Source: Candidatus Micrarchaeota archaeon (GTDB lineage Archaea > Micrarchaeota > Micrarchaeia > Micrarchaeales > CABMGC01). Taken from it: a stretch of 51,139 nt of DNA. The notes beneath the pieces were generated by a model, which did no database searches, was not told the origin of the DNA, and saw nothing but the letters and a program-made list of their open reading frames with translations. This document shows, piece after piece, positions 1-10,523 of the stretch. The DNA lies in NCBI GenBank assembly GCA_964501245.1, contig CAZCSE010000002.1, forward strand, positions 1 through 51,139, read 5' to 3'. Position 1 is the first letter of the stretch, and every line of letters starts with the position of its first letter. The translations under genes and the position numbers were made by a program.

Positions 1-1
1 G

Positions 2-2380
2 AGAAGGGATTTATTCTTCACTATAGCAAGCATACAGGATTTCCAGCGAATAGAGAATGGGGTTATGGGCTTTGAATATAATGCCAATCCTCTTGTCGTA
101 CCTCAGATATGCTTACGTTTTGGAGATGTTGAGAATACCGGTGTTACTGGAAGGCACTTTACAAGTTTCATGATGGCAGGTCAGCATGCGTTTAACTGGC
201 CTAAGGAAGGTTATTGGAGAGATAGGTGCATCGAGTTAAACTACAAATTCCTGACAGATGAGATAGGGGTAAAGAAAGAGGATCTTGTTTATAACGAGGA
301 TGTCTGGGCCATGGGAGATTTCTCAGAGTTCGGACCCTCTCTTGAGAGCTTTGCAAACGGATGCGAACTTGTAAACAGCGTATTCACCCAGTTTGAGAAT
401 TCCAACGGCTCTATCAAGGAATTCAAAGGAAAGGTAGTGGATGTCGGATGGGGCTTCGAGAGGCTCGTATGGTACTACACAGGATATGACACGGCTTATG
501 AAGCCGTATTCAAGGACATACTGAAAAAGATAGAGAAGAAGAGTAGCATTGAATTCAACAAGAAGCTGTTCAACAAGTTTGCAAAGCATTCGAGCAAGAT
601 AGACTTCTCTGAGAAGGCAGGAGGGAAGGTAGAGGATGAGATACTGAAGAAACTGGGAATCTCGAAGGAGGATTATGACAAAGGGGTAAAGCCGCTGCAG
701 GCGCTATATGCCGTTCTTGATCATTCACGAACACTTCTTTTTGCTGTATCTGATGGGGCCCTGCCATCCAATATAGGGGGAGGATACAATCTTAGGGTTA
801 TACTGAGAAGGGCGCTGAGCTTCATAGAGGAGTACGATCTCGGAGTTAGCATAGAGGAGATTGCAGATATGCATGCCGATGAACTGAAGGGATTATATCC
901 TGAGCTCAAGGAGAGCCTTGACATATTCTCAAAGGTAATTGATATTGAAAAGAAGAGGTATGCGGCTACCAAGGAGAACAGCACAAAGATAGTAGACAGG
1001 ATAATTGCAAGGAAGAGCGCTGTAGATGTGAAGGAGCTGCGGACAATGTATGAGAGCAATGGGATAACCCCTGAGATGATATCGTCTGTAGCTGCGAAGA
1101 AGGGAGTACATCTTGAGATACCGAGAGATGCTTATGAAGGAATAATGAAGGGAGACTTCACAAGAGAGCGTGAGACCAAGAAGCACATAGACATAGATAT
1201 GAGCAAGTTCCCCAAGACCGAACAGTTATACTATAAACTTGCTGAAGAGTCCGATTCAAAGGTACTTTATGCTGACAAGAGTCATGTGATACTTGATAAG
1301 ACTCCGTTCTATCCTGAAGGAGGAGGACAGGAAGCAGATCATGGAACAATTGATGGTGCAAAGGTGCACGACGTTCAGAAGTATGGAGATGTGATTGTGC
1401 ATTTTATAGAGGGAGGTAACATAAAGAAAGATACAAAGGTGAAATGCGTAGTGAACCATGAGAGAAGGCAGAGGCTGATGGTGCACCACACAGCCACACA
1501 TCTTATGAATGCAACATTGAGGAATGTGCTTGGAAAGCACGCATGGCAGGAGGGAACAAGGAAGGAAGAGGAGAAGGCGCACATAGACATAACGCATTAT
1601 GATAAACTGTATGACAAAGATGTTGAAAGGATAGAGGATTTCGCAAATGGCGCCCTTGCAGATGGCATTAAGGTAACGGTAAAGGATATGGAACGCGGAG
1701 AGGCCGAGACAAAGTATGGCTTTACGATTTATCAGGGACACGGCGTGCCATCAAAGATAATGCGCATAGTTACTATAGAATCAAAGGATGGTAAGCTGAT
1801 AGATGCAGAGGCATGCGGCGGCCTTCATGTTGTTGGCATGGAGTACATGATAGGAATGATAAAGGTAATAGGTACATCAAGAGTTTCTGACGGAGTTGAC
1901 AGGGTTGACTTTGTCGCAGGAAAGGCAGCACTCAGATACTTCCAAGAGTCATACAAACAGCTGAAGACGATATCACAGACACTTAATTCGGATCTTTCCA
2001 GCACGGGAGCAAGAGTCCAGACACTGCTTGAGGAGAAACTGGCATTGGATAAGGAGAATGCAAAGAGGCTTGAGGAGATTGCAGCTGCTGTTGCAGACTC
2101 GAAAGAGGTTATTGACGCGATTGATGCAGCTCTCTCTAATAAAGAGAGCATCGCTGAAGTGAAGCTCAATTACAACAAGCAGATAATGAGGAAGTCTATA
2201 GGAGACCTGACGTCAAAGTTCAAGAGACTTACTGTTATAATGGTTGGCAGCTCAGGAGAGGTTCTTGCGTCACGCGGCTCAGAATCAGATATTGCTGCAA
2301 TAGACGCGTTGAAGAAGCGATTCGGTGCCAAGTTCAAGGGAGGAGGAAGCAGAGATTATGCTGAAGGAAGAGTAGACTAG
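2..2380 (+). CDS. alaS: Alanyl-tRNA synthetase; the N-terminus lies upstream of the window
   Basis: Track ORF is 65..2380, but the frame stays open back to base 2 (..FFTIASIQDFQRIENGV-MGFEY..). Editing-domain HxxxH and CxxxH motifs (HHTATH, CGGLH). C-terminal GGG-containing DHHA1-like end (KFKGGGSRDYAEG). Confidence 0.85.
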   Translation, partial: RRDLFFTIASIQDFQRIENGVMGFEYNANPLVVPQICLRFGDVENTGVTGRHFTSFMMAGQHAFNWPKEGYWRDRCIELNYKFLTDEIGVKKEDLVYNEDVWAMGDFSEFGPSLESFANGCELVNSVFTQFENSNGSIKEFKGKVVDVGWGFERLVWYYTGYDTAYEAVFKDILKKIEKKSSIEFNKKLFNKFAKHSSKIDFSEKAGGKVEDEILKKLGISKEDYDKGVKPLQALYAVLDHSRTLLFAVSDGALPSNIGGGYNLRVILRRALSFIEEYDLGVSIEEIADMHADELKGLYPELKESLDIFSKVIDIEKKRYAATKENSTKIVDRIIARKSAVDVKELRTMYESNGITPEMISSVAAKKGVHLEIPRDAYEGIMKGDFTRERETKKHIDIDMSKFPKTEQLYYKLAEESDSKVLYADKSHVILDKTPFYPEGGGQEADHGTIDGAKVHDVQKYGDVIVHFIEGGNIKKDTKVKCVVNHERRQRLMVHHTATHLMNATLRNVLGKHAWQEGTRKEEEKAHIDITHYDKLYDKDVERIEDFANGALADGIKVTVKDMERGEAETKYGFTIYQGHGVPSKIMRIVTIESKDGKLIDAEACGGLHVVGMEYMIGMIKVIGTSRVSDGVDRVDFVAGKAALRYFQESYKQLKTISQTLNSDLSSTGARVQTLLEEKLALDKENAKRLEEIAAAVADSKEVIDAIDAALSNKESIAEVKLNYNKQIMRKSIGDLTSKFKRLTVIMVGSSGEVLASRGSESDIAAIDALKKRFGAKFKGGGSRDYAEGRVD

Positions 2381-2387
2381 TGAGTGC

Positions 2388-2894
2388 ATGTCAGATATTT
2401 TATACCAGCTTATACTTTATCCTCTAATCTATATCTTTCCCGCATATGTTTCAAATGGGGCTCCGGTGATATTCGGGGGAGGAATGCCTCTCGACTTCAA
2501 TAGAAAGCTTGGAGGCAAGCCGATATTCGGCAGCCATAAGACCATCAGAGGGCTTGTAGCAGGCCTTCTCTCCGGAATTATAATCGCATATGCAGAGTCT
2601 ATTGCATTCCAGATGCCTTATCTGCTTGCGATAGGTTTATTGCTGAGCGTAGGCACCCATTTCGGAGACCTTTTCGGAAGCTTCGTCAAGAGAAGGATAG
2701 GGACTAAGGAAGGAGTGAGCATGCCATTCATGGACCAATACCTCTTCCTGCTTTTTGCATTCATATTTGCATTCCCGTTAGGCAACCTTCCAGCATGGTA
2801 CGGGATAATATTCATAATAGTATTGACTGGAGTACTGCACAAAGGAACAAATATAGCAGCATATATAATGAAGCTGAAGAATGTTCCTTGGTAG
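2388..2894 (+). CDS. carS: CDP-archaeol synthase (CarS/DUF46 family) integral membrane protein
   Basis: 168 aa and multi-TM. N-terminal FPAYVSNGAPVIFGGG..PLDF...GSHKTIRG string is typical of CarS as I recall the family. Confidence 0.7.
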   Translation: MSDILYQLILYPLIYIFPAYVSNGAPVIFGGGMPLDFNRKLGGKPIFGSHKTIRGLVAGLLSGIIIAYAESIAFQMPYLLAIGLLLSVGTHFGDLFGSFVKRRIGTKEGVSMPFMDQYLFLLFAFIFAFPLGNLPAWYGIIFIIVLTGVLHKGTNIAAYIMKLKNVPW

Positions 2895-2902
2895 CTGGTT
2901 CT

Positions 2903-4366
2903 TTACGCCTCCCAGATCCATGGAAGTATGTTTATCAGTATGGCTATAACTGCTATAAGCGCTATTGCGGTCACTATCTTCTTGTTCTTTATGCTGGTCT
3001 GGAAGATACGCCATCCATCAAACCCAGGTATTGGAAGCAGATTGACCACGCCTACAAGGAAGTTAAGTATCGCTGAGAGTGCAACAAAGGTGTATATAAA
3101 GTATATGCTCTGGGAAGGAAGATTGCCAGGTATAGGGCCGCTCTCCTGTGCAAGATCCACACCTATCTTCCCATCAGATGCAGCTATGATAGAGTATGAG
3201 CCTTTGTTGGTAACAACGTTTACCTTTGAGAAAGCTTTGTCCTGTGCAGCTGCTGCTTCCAGAGAGGTTATGTTGTTTACAGTGTGGCCGTTCCACGAGT
3301 ATATTATGCTTCCTGGAGCGATAACATTATATGCAGGAGTACCGTTAAGCACAGCAGTGACTGTAACAAAACTTGTAACATAGTGTGGAAGCACGTAAAT
3401 GAGCATGATGACAAGTAAAGCCGTGAATATTATTGATAGAAGTATGTTTGCAGATATCCCAGCTGCAAAGATTCTGTTCTGTTCGTGAGCTTTTAGTTTC
3501 AATACCTTTTTCTCATCCGGTTCGACAAAAGCTCCCATTGGTATTATTCCGAATACCACCAGGCCTATTGATTTTATCTTTATCTTTGAAAGCTTTGAGA
3601 GGACACCGTGCGAGAACTCATGCACGACCAGTATCAGTATAAGCGATAAAAGTCCTGCAAATATAGGTATAGTTATCCCTGGTATAAGCGGCGCTACCCC
3701 AGGAACCTGGCTTGAGAGTGCTGCTGAATTGGGAACGGCAGTCGATAAGGAAAGCAAGTATGTGCCTATTCCATATAGTATGCTGGCCGCATTGTAAACT
3801 ATCGAGTATATTATGAACAATGTAAATCCGCCGATGAAATTGACAGCATATATCGCATATGCAAGAAGATCTACTGATGAAGAAGCAGGAGCTGATCCAA
3901 GCCTTGAACTTATCTGAGGTATGCTTATGAATGTGAATGCTTCTGCCATGAATGGAACTACGAAGAACATTATCAATACGGCTGAGATAGCCCCGAATAT
4001 CGCCATCTTGGCGCTTATCCGTTTTTTGAACATGAAATAGGAGAATAGGCCAAAACCTGTCGCTAGTCCCCAGTCTGCCATAAACTCCCAGTAGGGTTTT
4101 CCCCTGCTTGCCAGTCTGTCTATTATCCAGGTCCCTCTCTTGCTTCCGAGCATATACATTCCAAAGAAGCCCATGAACCCATTCGCACTGCTTATTATGT
4201 ATCCGGTTATAAGCAGTATGATTATAGCTGCAGGCCAGCTGATTATCGGGCTTATCCCGCTGAAATAAAGATATATTATTGCAAATAAGGCCGCTACTGC
4301 TACAACTATGCTTGATGAAGCATTGAGCTTAGTTCTTAATTTTTCTTCTTCTTTTTTTACAGGCAT
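2903..4366 (-). CDS. Site-2 protease family (peptidase M50) intramembrane zinc metalloprotease with a PDZ-like insert
   Basis: HExxH inside a TM segment (VVHEFSHGV) and C-terminal NLLPIPGFDGWRIF (NxxPxxxxDG). Many TM helices. Starts 9 nt after the stop of the giant surface-protein gene. Confidence 0.8.
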   Translation of the reverse strand: MPVKKEEEKLRTKLNASSSIVVAVAALFAIIYLYFSGISPIISWPAAIIILLITGYIISSANGFMGFFGMYMLGSKRGTWIIDRLASRGKPYWEFMADWGLATGFGLFSYFMFKKRISAKMAIFGAISAVLIMFFVVPFMAEAFTFISIPQISSRLGSAPASSSVDLLAYAIYAVNFIGGFTLFIIYSIVYNAASILYGIGTYLLSLSTAVPNSAALSSQVPGVAPLIPGITIPIFAGLLSLILILVVHEFSHGVLSKLSKIKIKSIGLVVFGIIPMGAFVEPDEKKVLKLKAHEQNRIFAAGISANILLSIIFTALLVIMLIYVLPHYVTSFVTVTAVLNGTPAYNVIAPGSIIYSWNGHTVNNITSLEAAAAQDKAFSKVNVVTNKGSYSIIAASDGKIGVDLAQESGPIPGNLPSQSIYFIYTFVALSAILNFLVGVVNLLPIPGFDGWRIFQTSIKNKKIVTAIALIAVIAILINILPWIWEA

Positions 4367-4375
4367 TTTTGCGCC

Positions 4376-7300
4376 TCATTTCTTTCCTGTCTTCCTTGTT
4401 ACAAAAAGCAGAAGACCTACTATTATTCCTCCGGCTAATATGTAAATATATCCTATGTTTCCATAGGAGAGCAATAAAGCGCCTATAGGGAAGTTTGTTA
4501 ATGATTGTGCAGGAGCCCATGAATAATCAGTCGTGTAGAAGGTGTCCTGTGGACCGCTGTAGCTAGGGTTATAAGCATATTCTATAGGAGACTGTGTAAC
4601 CTTGATAGGTTCAGGGGTTACTGTAGAGATGCCAGGAGAACTCGAGCCTGCCGAAGGGGCGCCGTAGAATACAGCTTTTATATTTGCATATCCGTATCCG
4701 CAAGCGGTTATCGTCTTTGAGAATGCACCGTTTGCATTTGTAGTTGCACTTCCTATCAGACCTAGCTGTGATGTGCATAATCCAGTACCATTTGAGAATA
4801 CAGGATCGCACCACTGGTTATTTCCTCCTGAGTTTACAGGGCAGGTATTAGGTATCTTGGTCTTCCCGTCAGTACCATATATATTGCAGTTGTACTGTAT
4901 GGGCTGCAGCAGGCTATTTGGCGCTGCAAGGCAGGATCCCGATGCGCTTGTTGATGCGTGATATGTTGGGATTTCTGCGTTTGGATTAGGAGTCGTTCCT
5001 CCGTATAACCATCCAGGAATTGCAAGCTGGCAGTTCTGTGGAACGTTTGCGCCAAAGCCGAATGCACAGAGCTGTACATTAGCAGGATCCGTATATGGAT
5101 TGTAGTTCTGGAAGCCGAGGTTTGTATCGTAGTATAGGTATACAGTGCCTCCGCTCATAGGGATCTGCTGAGTGCTGAATGGAGGGGTGTAATTTAGGTT
5201 TCCTGTTATCGTAAGTGTGGTCTGGTTTGAATTGCTTCCGCTGACAGAGGATGCTACAGATACGCCAAGCTGTGTCGCATTTGCAACATCTACGTCCATA
5301 GGAAGGTATATGTTGTTGTTGAATCTGTCATTTAAGACTACAACTATTCTATGATAGCCATAAGGGTCTGTAAGAGTGCCTGGTGTCCCGACTCCGTTTC
5401 CTGTGAAGTTGATGAATGTATCATTTGCGTATATCATATCCTGATAGAAGTTGAATAACGTTACGGCATTAGGGAAGGTTTTTGACGCAGTGTATGTAAA
5501 TGTATTCTGATCACCATTCCCAGAAATTGACAAGGCAGATGAGAGTACCGATGATAAAGAGGTTTGAGTCATGCATACTGCACCAACGCATGGAAGCAAT
5601 GACGTACCTCCTAAGCTTACAGGACCGGTTATAAGATGTATGGATTCATAGTAAGGATAACCTAGGACTGATCCAGGATTACCTACACCTTGCCTGTTAT
5701 CTTCTATGCCGTATGCCATGGTGCGTATCGCATTTACCGTAATCTGCTTGTTTGTTTGGTATGCCAAGGAGTCATTCACATATACTGTTCCGAATATCCT
5801 GTTTGTAAATAGATTGAATAGTATCTGTTTTGGCACTATCGTAGCATTAAGCATCTGCTGGTAGAACGTACCGTTCAATATGTATTGTGCATATGATGGG
5901 CCGCCTTCTATAGGAGCAGATAGAGTTGGGGAGGTGTACGTCTTGCTGACTCCTGTCGAGAAGAGCGTTGTGAGAGTATCCCATGTCCTGCTTATGTCAA
6001 AAGGCGGAGCAGTTGCAGGCTTTGTAAAGCACCAATATACTGTAGCTGTTGGAAGAATCTTAAATGTCTGCTGCTGAATCTGCTGTTGGGTCTGGAAGGT
6101 TTCTTCGTATGGAACTACAGCATAACCGGAAAGTAAGCTTTGCAGTTTTGTCTGCTCTGCAGAAGCAACCTGTGAGGGAGATACTGCGCCTGTAGAAGTA
6201 GGGATAGTCTCTCCCTGGTTTACGAAATTAGGGTTTCCAAGTAATGATTCGTATTTGCTCTCTGTAGAACCATAATTTGTAGTAGGCGATGTTGAACTTG
6301 TTATGCTAGTTGCACCTGAAAATGTAGAGTAAAGATACTCGCTGTACGTAAGTGTCTTAAGTGATCCGATATTCTCAGTATAGTTGAATGGGCTTGACAG
6401 CAGGAGCATAGGGCTTTCAAATGAGTTTACGTTATTGTCCTTTATGCAGAGGTTCGGATAATTGTCTCCAGATGGAAGGGATATTGCACTATTGCCATTT
6501 GCATCCATGTAGCATACAGACTGTGCAAGCACTGGTGGACCTTTCGGGCTCAGGAACTGCGTATAGTTCTCAAGATCAAACCTTGTGAATAGCAGTTCTG
6601 CATACTGGTTTGCAATCTTGGCTGAACCGCCGTTTAGGTTCTGCGGAGACGGGAATAATATGCCGACTGTATTGTTGAAGCTTACTGAAAATCCTACTCC
6701 TGACAACGGAAGGAAGGCGCATCCATATGTTCCGCTCGTGAGTGTTACCAGTATACTTGAACTGCAATCTAGCCCGCTTAGAGCTGGGCCAAGAGGCCAG
6801 TAATTGCTGTTTTGAGTGTAAGTGCTTGAGGGCATTGTGCAAGGATTGCTCCATGAGTCTAATCCGCATAGATTTACTACACCTGAAGAGGTACCATCTG
6901 ACAGGCTTCCTGCTATCATCCATCCGAACGGAGGATACATGCCCCCACTCTGGTATCCAGTATATTGCTGGTATACATCCTGACCATTTGGATTTGTGCC
7001 GGTCTGGAACCATACGTCGTTATACTTTGTAGGATTTATAGGCACATCCTGTCCTGTTGAGTTTATAACCCTTAACATAAGGGTATCGAAATTTGCAGTA
7101 TCTGTGGATGTCCAGCACCATTTTTTAACAATTATGTTTATGTGGAAGTTGCATGTCTGCCCTAAACCGCCATACCAATTGTCAAGCACATATAGGTAGC
7201 CGTTTACATCCTGTATAGCTACTGGATGATGATAGGATGCCTGATCAAGCTGAGTTATCCCTGCACTCTTAAACTTGTTAACTATTGCTGAGATCTCGTT

Positions 7301-10300
7301 ATTGTTTATCGTATTAAGACCGTAGAAGCCACCGTTGGCTATGAATTCTGTTATGTTTACTGATGGAGTAGGGTTAGTAACAGAAGTTCCAGATACGCTT
7401 GATAACGAACTTGTAGCGCCTTGATAGGTTATGCCCAGAGGAGCCACATCTGATGAATATGCCAGATTGTATGTGCTCAGATACTTCAGGGTGGTTCCTG
7501 AGAATACATATATGTTACTGCTCTGCTGACTTGCTATGAATATAAGCTTTCCATCAGGAGATGCTGCTATCTCCGTAGGTGCGATAGGTTTACCGGAATT
7601 GTCTTCTGGGACCTTCCCATTTGCAAGCGTAAGCATCGCACCGGTTATTGGAGGTCTGCCATTTTCTGCGTTGCTTATTCTTATTATCCATGGAGATGGA
7701 GTACCTGCTATTGTAAGCGTACCGACTACATAAACATCGCCAACAGAATCTGCAGATATGTTCATAGGCGTAAAACTTATTGCAGGTCCATGGTATATGC
7801 CATTTCCAATGCATTTTTTCCTTATGCTGTCCCAGAAATCATTGTAGGAGCATTTGTTGCCGTATCCTCCTGCTTCTAGGAGAGTGCTTCCTATCCATGT
7901 TGATTCTACGAACGTTTGTGTTATTGGTATCTGATTTATAACATAGGTATTTGCGCTCTGCAGTTTTATCAGGCTTGTCCAGTAGTTCTCCCAGTCGGTA
8001 TTCCAGACATTTTGGCAGGATACAGCCCCGGCACAAAGGCTTGATGCAGGCTTTGTAGATGACCCTAGAGCAGTATCGCTTGTAGTTATAGTATCAACTA
8101 TATTTGGAATAGACCCAGGAGGCATTATGGAATTGTTGTAGTAACCCTGGTTCATTACCCTCATTACATATATACTATTTGTTGCGCCTGCAAAACTTGC
8201 AGCACTTTGCGTCCCTGTTTGTGATGATGCAGTTATGCCCTGAGCCCAGGATACTAAAGCTGAAGCTGCTGCAGAGTCACTGCCCGATGTTGATATCTGG
8301 TCACTGATGGTCCCTGATATTGTAGATGATGCTAAGATAGAGCTTGATGAAACGGACTGCAACAGAGGAAACTCTGACAGCTCTGAAGATGCTTCGGAGT
8401 TGGTCGTGTAATAACTTAGAGGTTCATTATTTTTCAACCCGTAGATTATGGCATTATAAGTAGCCAATGTTGCTCCGTTAGCGGATACTGTCTGCTTTAT
8501 TGCATCTGCAGATGCAGTAGCTCCCTGGCTTGGTGAAGAGTATTCAGGAGTACCATCAGATGCAGTGCAAGGAGATGACGGAGTTTTGATATTTACTTTC
8601 AGGCCCTGGTTAGATCCACTTCCTTGAATAGGATTTATACCTAGCGGGTTATTGTATATGAAATCAGCACCGTTGCTGTATGATTGTGCTATGGCAGCGA
8701 TAAATGCCTCATTGTTTGTTGTATCAGATACGCCAAGATCCGAGAGCGTAGATTGTATAAAGTTGTCTAAGTTGCTTCCAGAAGATGGTTGTGTTATAGT
8801 ACATGATGATGAAGTTACTGCCTTGATTGGAGGAACTGTTATCGTATTTGCAAGTACAAAGACATAATCATTAGGAATTGCAGCTATTGACAACGGGTCC
8901 TTTATAGAAACCATTGCATTTACTGTATTTGCTCCGGCAGTAGCTAACTGCTGCTGGGTTGCCCCGTAACCGTACATTATCGGCTCTCCGATGTTAGGAT
9001 ACACTATCGCTTCGCTCTGCATTGTATTTACTACCATGTTTGGCATCGCATAAGGTACAAGGATTGTTTTGCTGTTCAGCCCGCTTCCAAAATGATCGGA
9101 AAAGAAACATCCTATGGAACCGAAGAAGCCAGTATTTCCAGAATTGCAGTTCTGCTGGTACTTATTGGTATTGTAAGAAACCATGAAGAGCTGAGGCGTG
9201 CTTATGTTTATAGGTATCTCACTTGTCTTAGGGTTATTGTAATTGAAAGGGCTATATGCAGCATAAGAGAGCTGGTCAAGCGTATAAAGATTGTTTCCAA
9301 GAGATGGATTTTTTACCTGAAAGTTATATAGTATATATGGTAGGAAATTAGTATCGAATGTTGCATTTGTACCTGGCGTCTTGCCATTTGGAGGAGCTGT
9401 CTGGTATACATAGGGTATTTCAGCATTCTGTATACTCTGGAGTGTGGTGGATATAGTATATTTGTAAGTGTATATACAAGCTATAGGATATACTTCAAAT
9501 GGCGGAGTGTATCCTATCCCTGGAGCAACATAAGGAAGATATCCTGCAGGTACACTGAGACCGAAAAAGCTAGGTATCGGCAATCCTGCAAGCACGGAAG
9601 TAGTCTTTGTAACTGCAGGAGCACCTGCGAAATTCGCATACTCTGCAAACCATGACCATAAGCCATGCTGCGGTTGGGGAGACACTCCTGAAAATATATT
9701 GGAATTTGAACTGTATGCAGTAGATATTGCACCTGATTCTAGCTGGGGAGAGTAAGCGACAGCCTTAAGCACCATATATGCAGTATTCTCTGCAGACACA
9801 TTAGAATAGCCATGCGCAAGATCGAATAATGAAAAATCATAATGCTGCGTGTACACCAGATCTGATAATAAGAATACTGATTTGACGCCAGCTGAAGCAA
9901 TCTGGCAACCGTCACCTGCTATGAATGGCTCCGCACCGGTTACAAAGTAGATGTTATCTGTAGGATTTGTTGGTGGACTCTTAGGGCATGTTTCCATGTA
10001 CGCAGCGTTCTGCTGATTGTATGAAGCCACTTGGGAAGCAGGAGATACGTAAGGATTTCCAGCATAAGGTATTGGGATATGGCTGTTTGCCCCAACGCCT
10101 GCAGTGATTGGATTATACAGAGTAGCAAATGGACAAGTATAAGTTACAGTTACTGACGCGCCTGTACCAGTAGACTGTATGTGGGCATCCGGAATGCTTA
10201 TAGCTTTGCAGAACTGATAGGCTGCAGTGCCTACAAAACTTGATGCGCCTGATGACGCATATGCTGTGTGCACGATTAATGAATATGAAGAATATAGCAG

Positions 10301-10333
10301 GATTACAATGAATAACATGTTCTTCTTATCCAT
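4376..10333 (-). CDS. Giant (1985 aa) secreted, C-terminally membrane-anchored, S/T/N-rich surface protein with beta-propeller-like repeats
   Basis: Signal-like N-terminus MDKKNMLFIVILLYSSYSLIVHTAYA. C-terminal TM helix plus basic tail (IYILAGGIIVGLLLFVTRKTGKK). Many N-x-S/T sequons. VGDVYVVGT, DGKLIFIASQQSSNIYVFSG and VNGYLYVLDNWYGG resemble YVTN/NHL propeller blades. Confidence 0.7.
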   Translation of the reverse strand: MDKKNMLFIVILLYSSYSLIVHTAYASSGASSFVGTAAYQFCKAISIPDAHIQSTGTGASVTVTYTCPFATLYNPITAGVGANSHIPIPYAGNPYVSPASQVASYNQQNAAYMETCPKSPPTNPTDNIYFVTGAEPFIAGDGCQIASAGVKSVFLLSDLVYTQHYDFSLFDLAHGYSNVSAENTAYMVLKAVAYSPQLESGAISTAYSSNSNIFSGVSPQPQHGLWSWFAEYANFAGAPAVTKTTSVLAGLPIPSFFGLSVPAGYLPYVAPGIGYTPPFEVYPIACIYTYKYTISTTLQSIQNAEIPYVYQTAPPNGKTPGTNATFDTNFLPYILYNFQVKNPSLGNNLYTLDQLSYAAYSPFNYNNPKTSEIPINISTPQLFMVSYNTNKYQQNCNSGNTGFFGSIGCFFSDHFGSGLNSKTILVPYAMPNMVVNTMQSEAIVYPNIGEPIMYGYGATQQQLATAGANTVNAMVSIKDPLSIAAIPNDYVFVLANTITVPPIKAVTSSSCTITQPSSGSNLDNFIQSTLSDLGVSDTTNNEAFIAAIAQSYSNGADFIYNNPLGINPIQGSGSNQGLKVNIKTPSSPCTASDGTPEYSSPSQGATASADAIKQTVSANGATLATYNAIIYGLKNNEPLSYYTTNSEASSELSEFPLLQSVSSSSILASSTISGTISDQISTSGSDSAAASALVSWAQGITASSQTGTQSAASFAGATNSIYVMRVMNQGYYNNSIMPPGSIPNIVDTITTSDTALGSSTKPASSLCAGAVSCQNVWNTDWENYWTSLIKLQSANTYVINQIPITQTFVESTWIGSTLLEAGGYGNKCSYNDFWDSIRKKCIGNGIYHGPAISFTPMNISADSVGDVYVVGTLTIAGTPSPWIIRISNAENGRPPITGAMLTLANGKVPEDNSGKPIAPTEIAASPDGKLIFIASQQSSNIYVFSGTTLKYLSTYNLAYSSDVAPLGITYQGATSSLSSVSGTSVTNPTPSVNITEFIANGGFYGLNTINNNEISAIVNKFKSAGITQLDQASYHHPVAIQDVNGYLYVLDNWYGGLGQTCNFHINIIVKKWCWTSTDTANFDTLMLRVINSTGQDVPINPTKYNDVWFQTGTNPNGQDVYQQYTGYQSGGMYPPFGWMIAGSLSDGTSSGVVNLCGLDSWSNPCTMPSSTYTQNSNYWPLGPALSGLDCSSSILVTLTSGTYGCAFLPLSGVGFSVSFNNTVGILFPSPQNLNGGSAKIANQYAELLFTRFDLENYTQFLSPKGPPVLAQSVCYMDANGNSAISLPSGDNYPNLCIKDNNVNSFESPMLLLSSPFNYTENIGSLKTLTYSEYLYSTFSGATSITSSTSPTTNYGSTESKYESLLGNPNFVNQGETIPTSTGAVSPSQVASAEQTKLQSLLSGYAVVPYEETFQTQQQIQQQTFKILPTATVYWCFTKPATAPPFDISRTWDTLTTLFSTGVSKTYTSPTLSAPIEGGPSYAQYILNGTFYQQMLNATIVPKQILFNLFTNRIFGTVYVNDSLAYQTNKQITVNAIRTMAYGIEDNRQGVGNPGSVLGYPYYESIHLITGPVSLGGTSLLPCVGAVCMTQTSLSSVLSSALSISGNGDQNTFTYTASKTFPNAVTLFNFYQDMIYANDTFINFTGNGVGTPGTLTDPYGYHRIVVVLNDRFNNNIYLPMDVDVANATQLGVSVASSVSGSNSNQTTLTITGNLNYTPPFSTQQIPMSGGTVYLYYDTNLGFQNYNPYTDPANVQLCAFGFGANVPQNCQLAIPGWLYGGTTPNPNAEIPTYHASTSASGSCLAAPNSLLQPIQYNCNIYGTDGKTKIPNTCPVNSGGNNQWCDPVFSNGTGLCTSQLGLIGSATTNANGAFSKTITACGYGYANIKAVFYGAPSAGSSSPGISTVTPEPIKVTQSPIEYAYNPSYSGPQDTFYTTDYSWAPAQSLTNFPIGALLLSYGNIGYIYILAGGIIVGLLLFVTRKTGKK

Positions 10334-10523
10334 CTTATCAGCGCAACCTCATTATCTAACACGAGAGAGATTTATAATAATAGTGTTTTCAAGAATATGG
10401 CTGTTCTTGGGTTAGGAATTGTGAATGCTGAGCCTATGACAGGATAAACGGTTTCTTTGTTTGGCATATGGCATGCGTCAGCTTTAAAAGGATTCATTCT
10501 TTTAAGTATACATTGTTGGTAAG

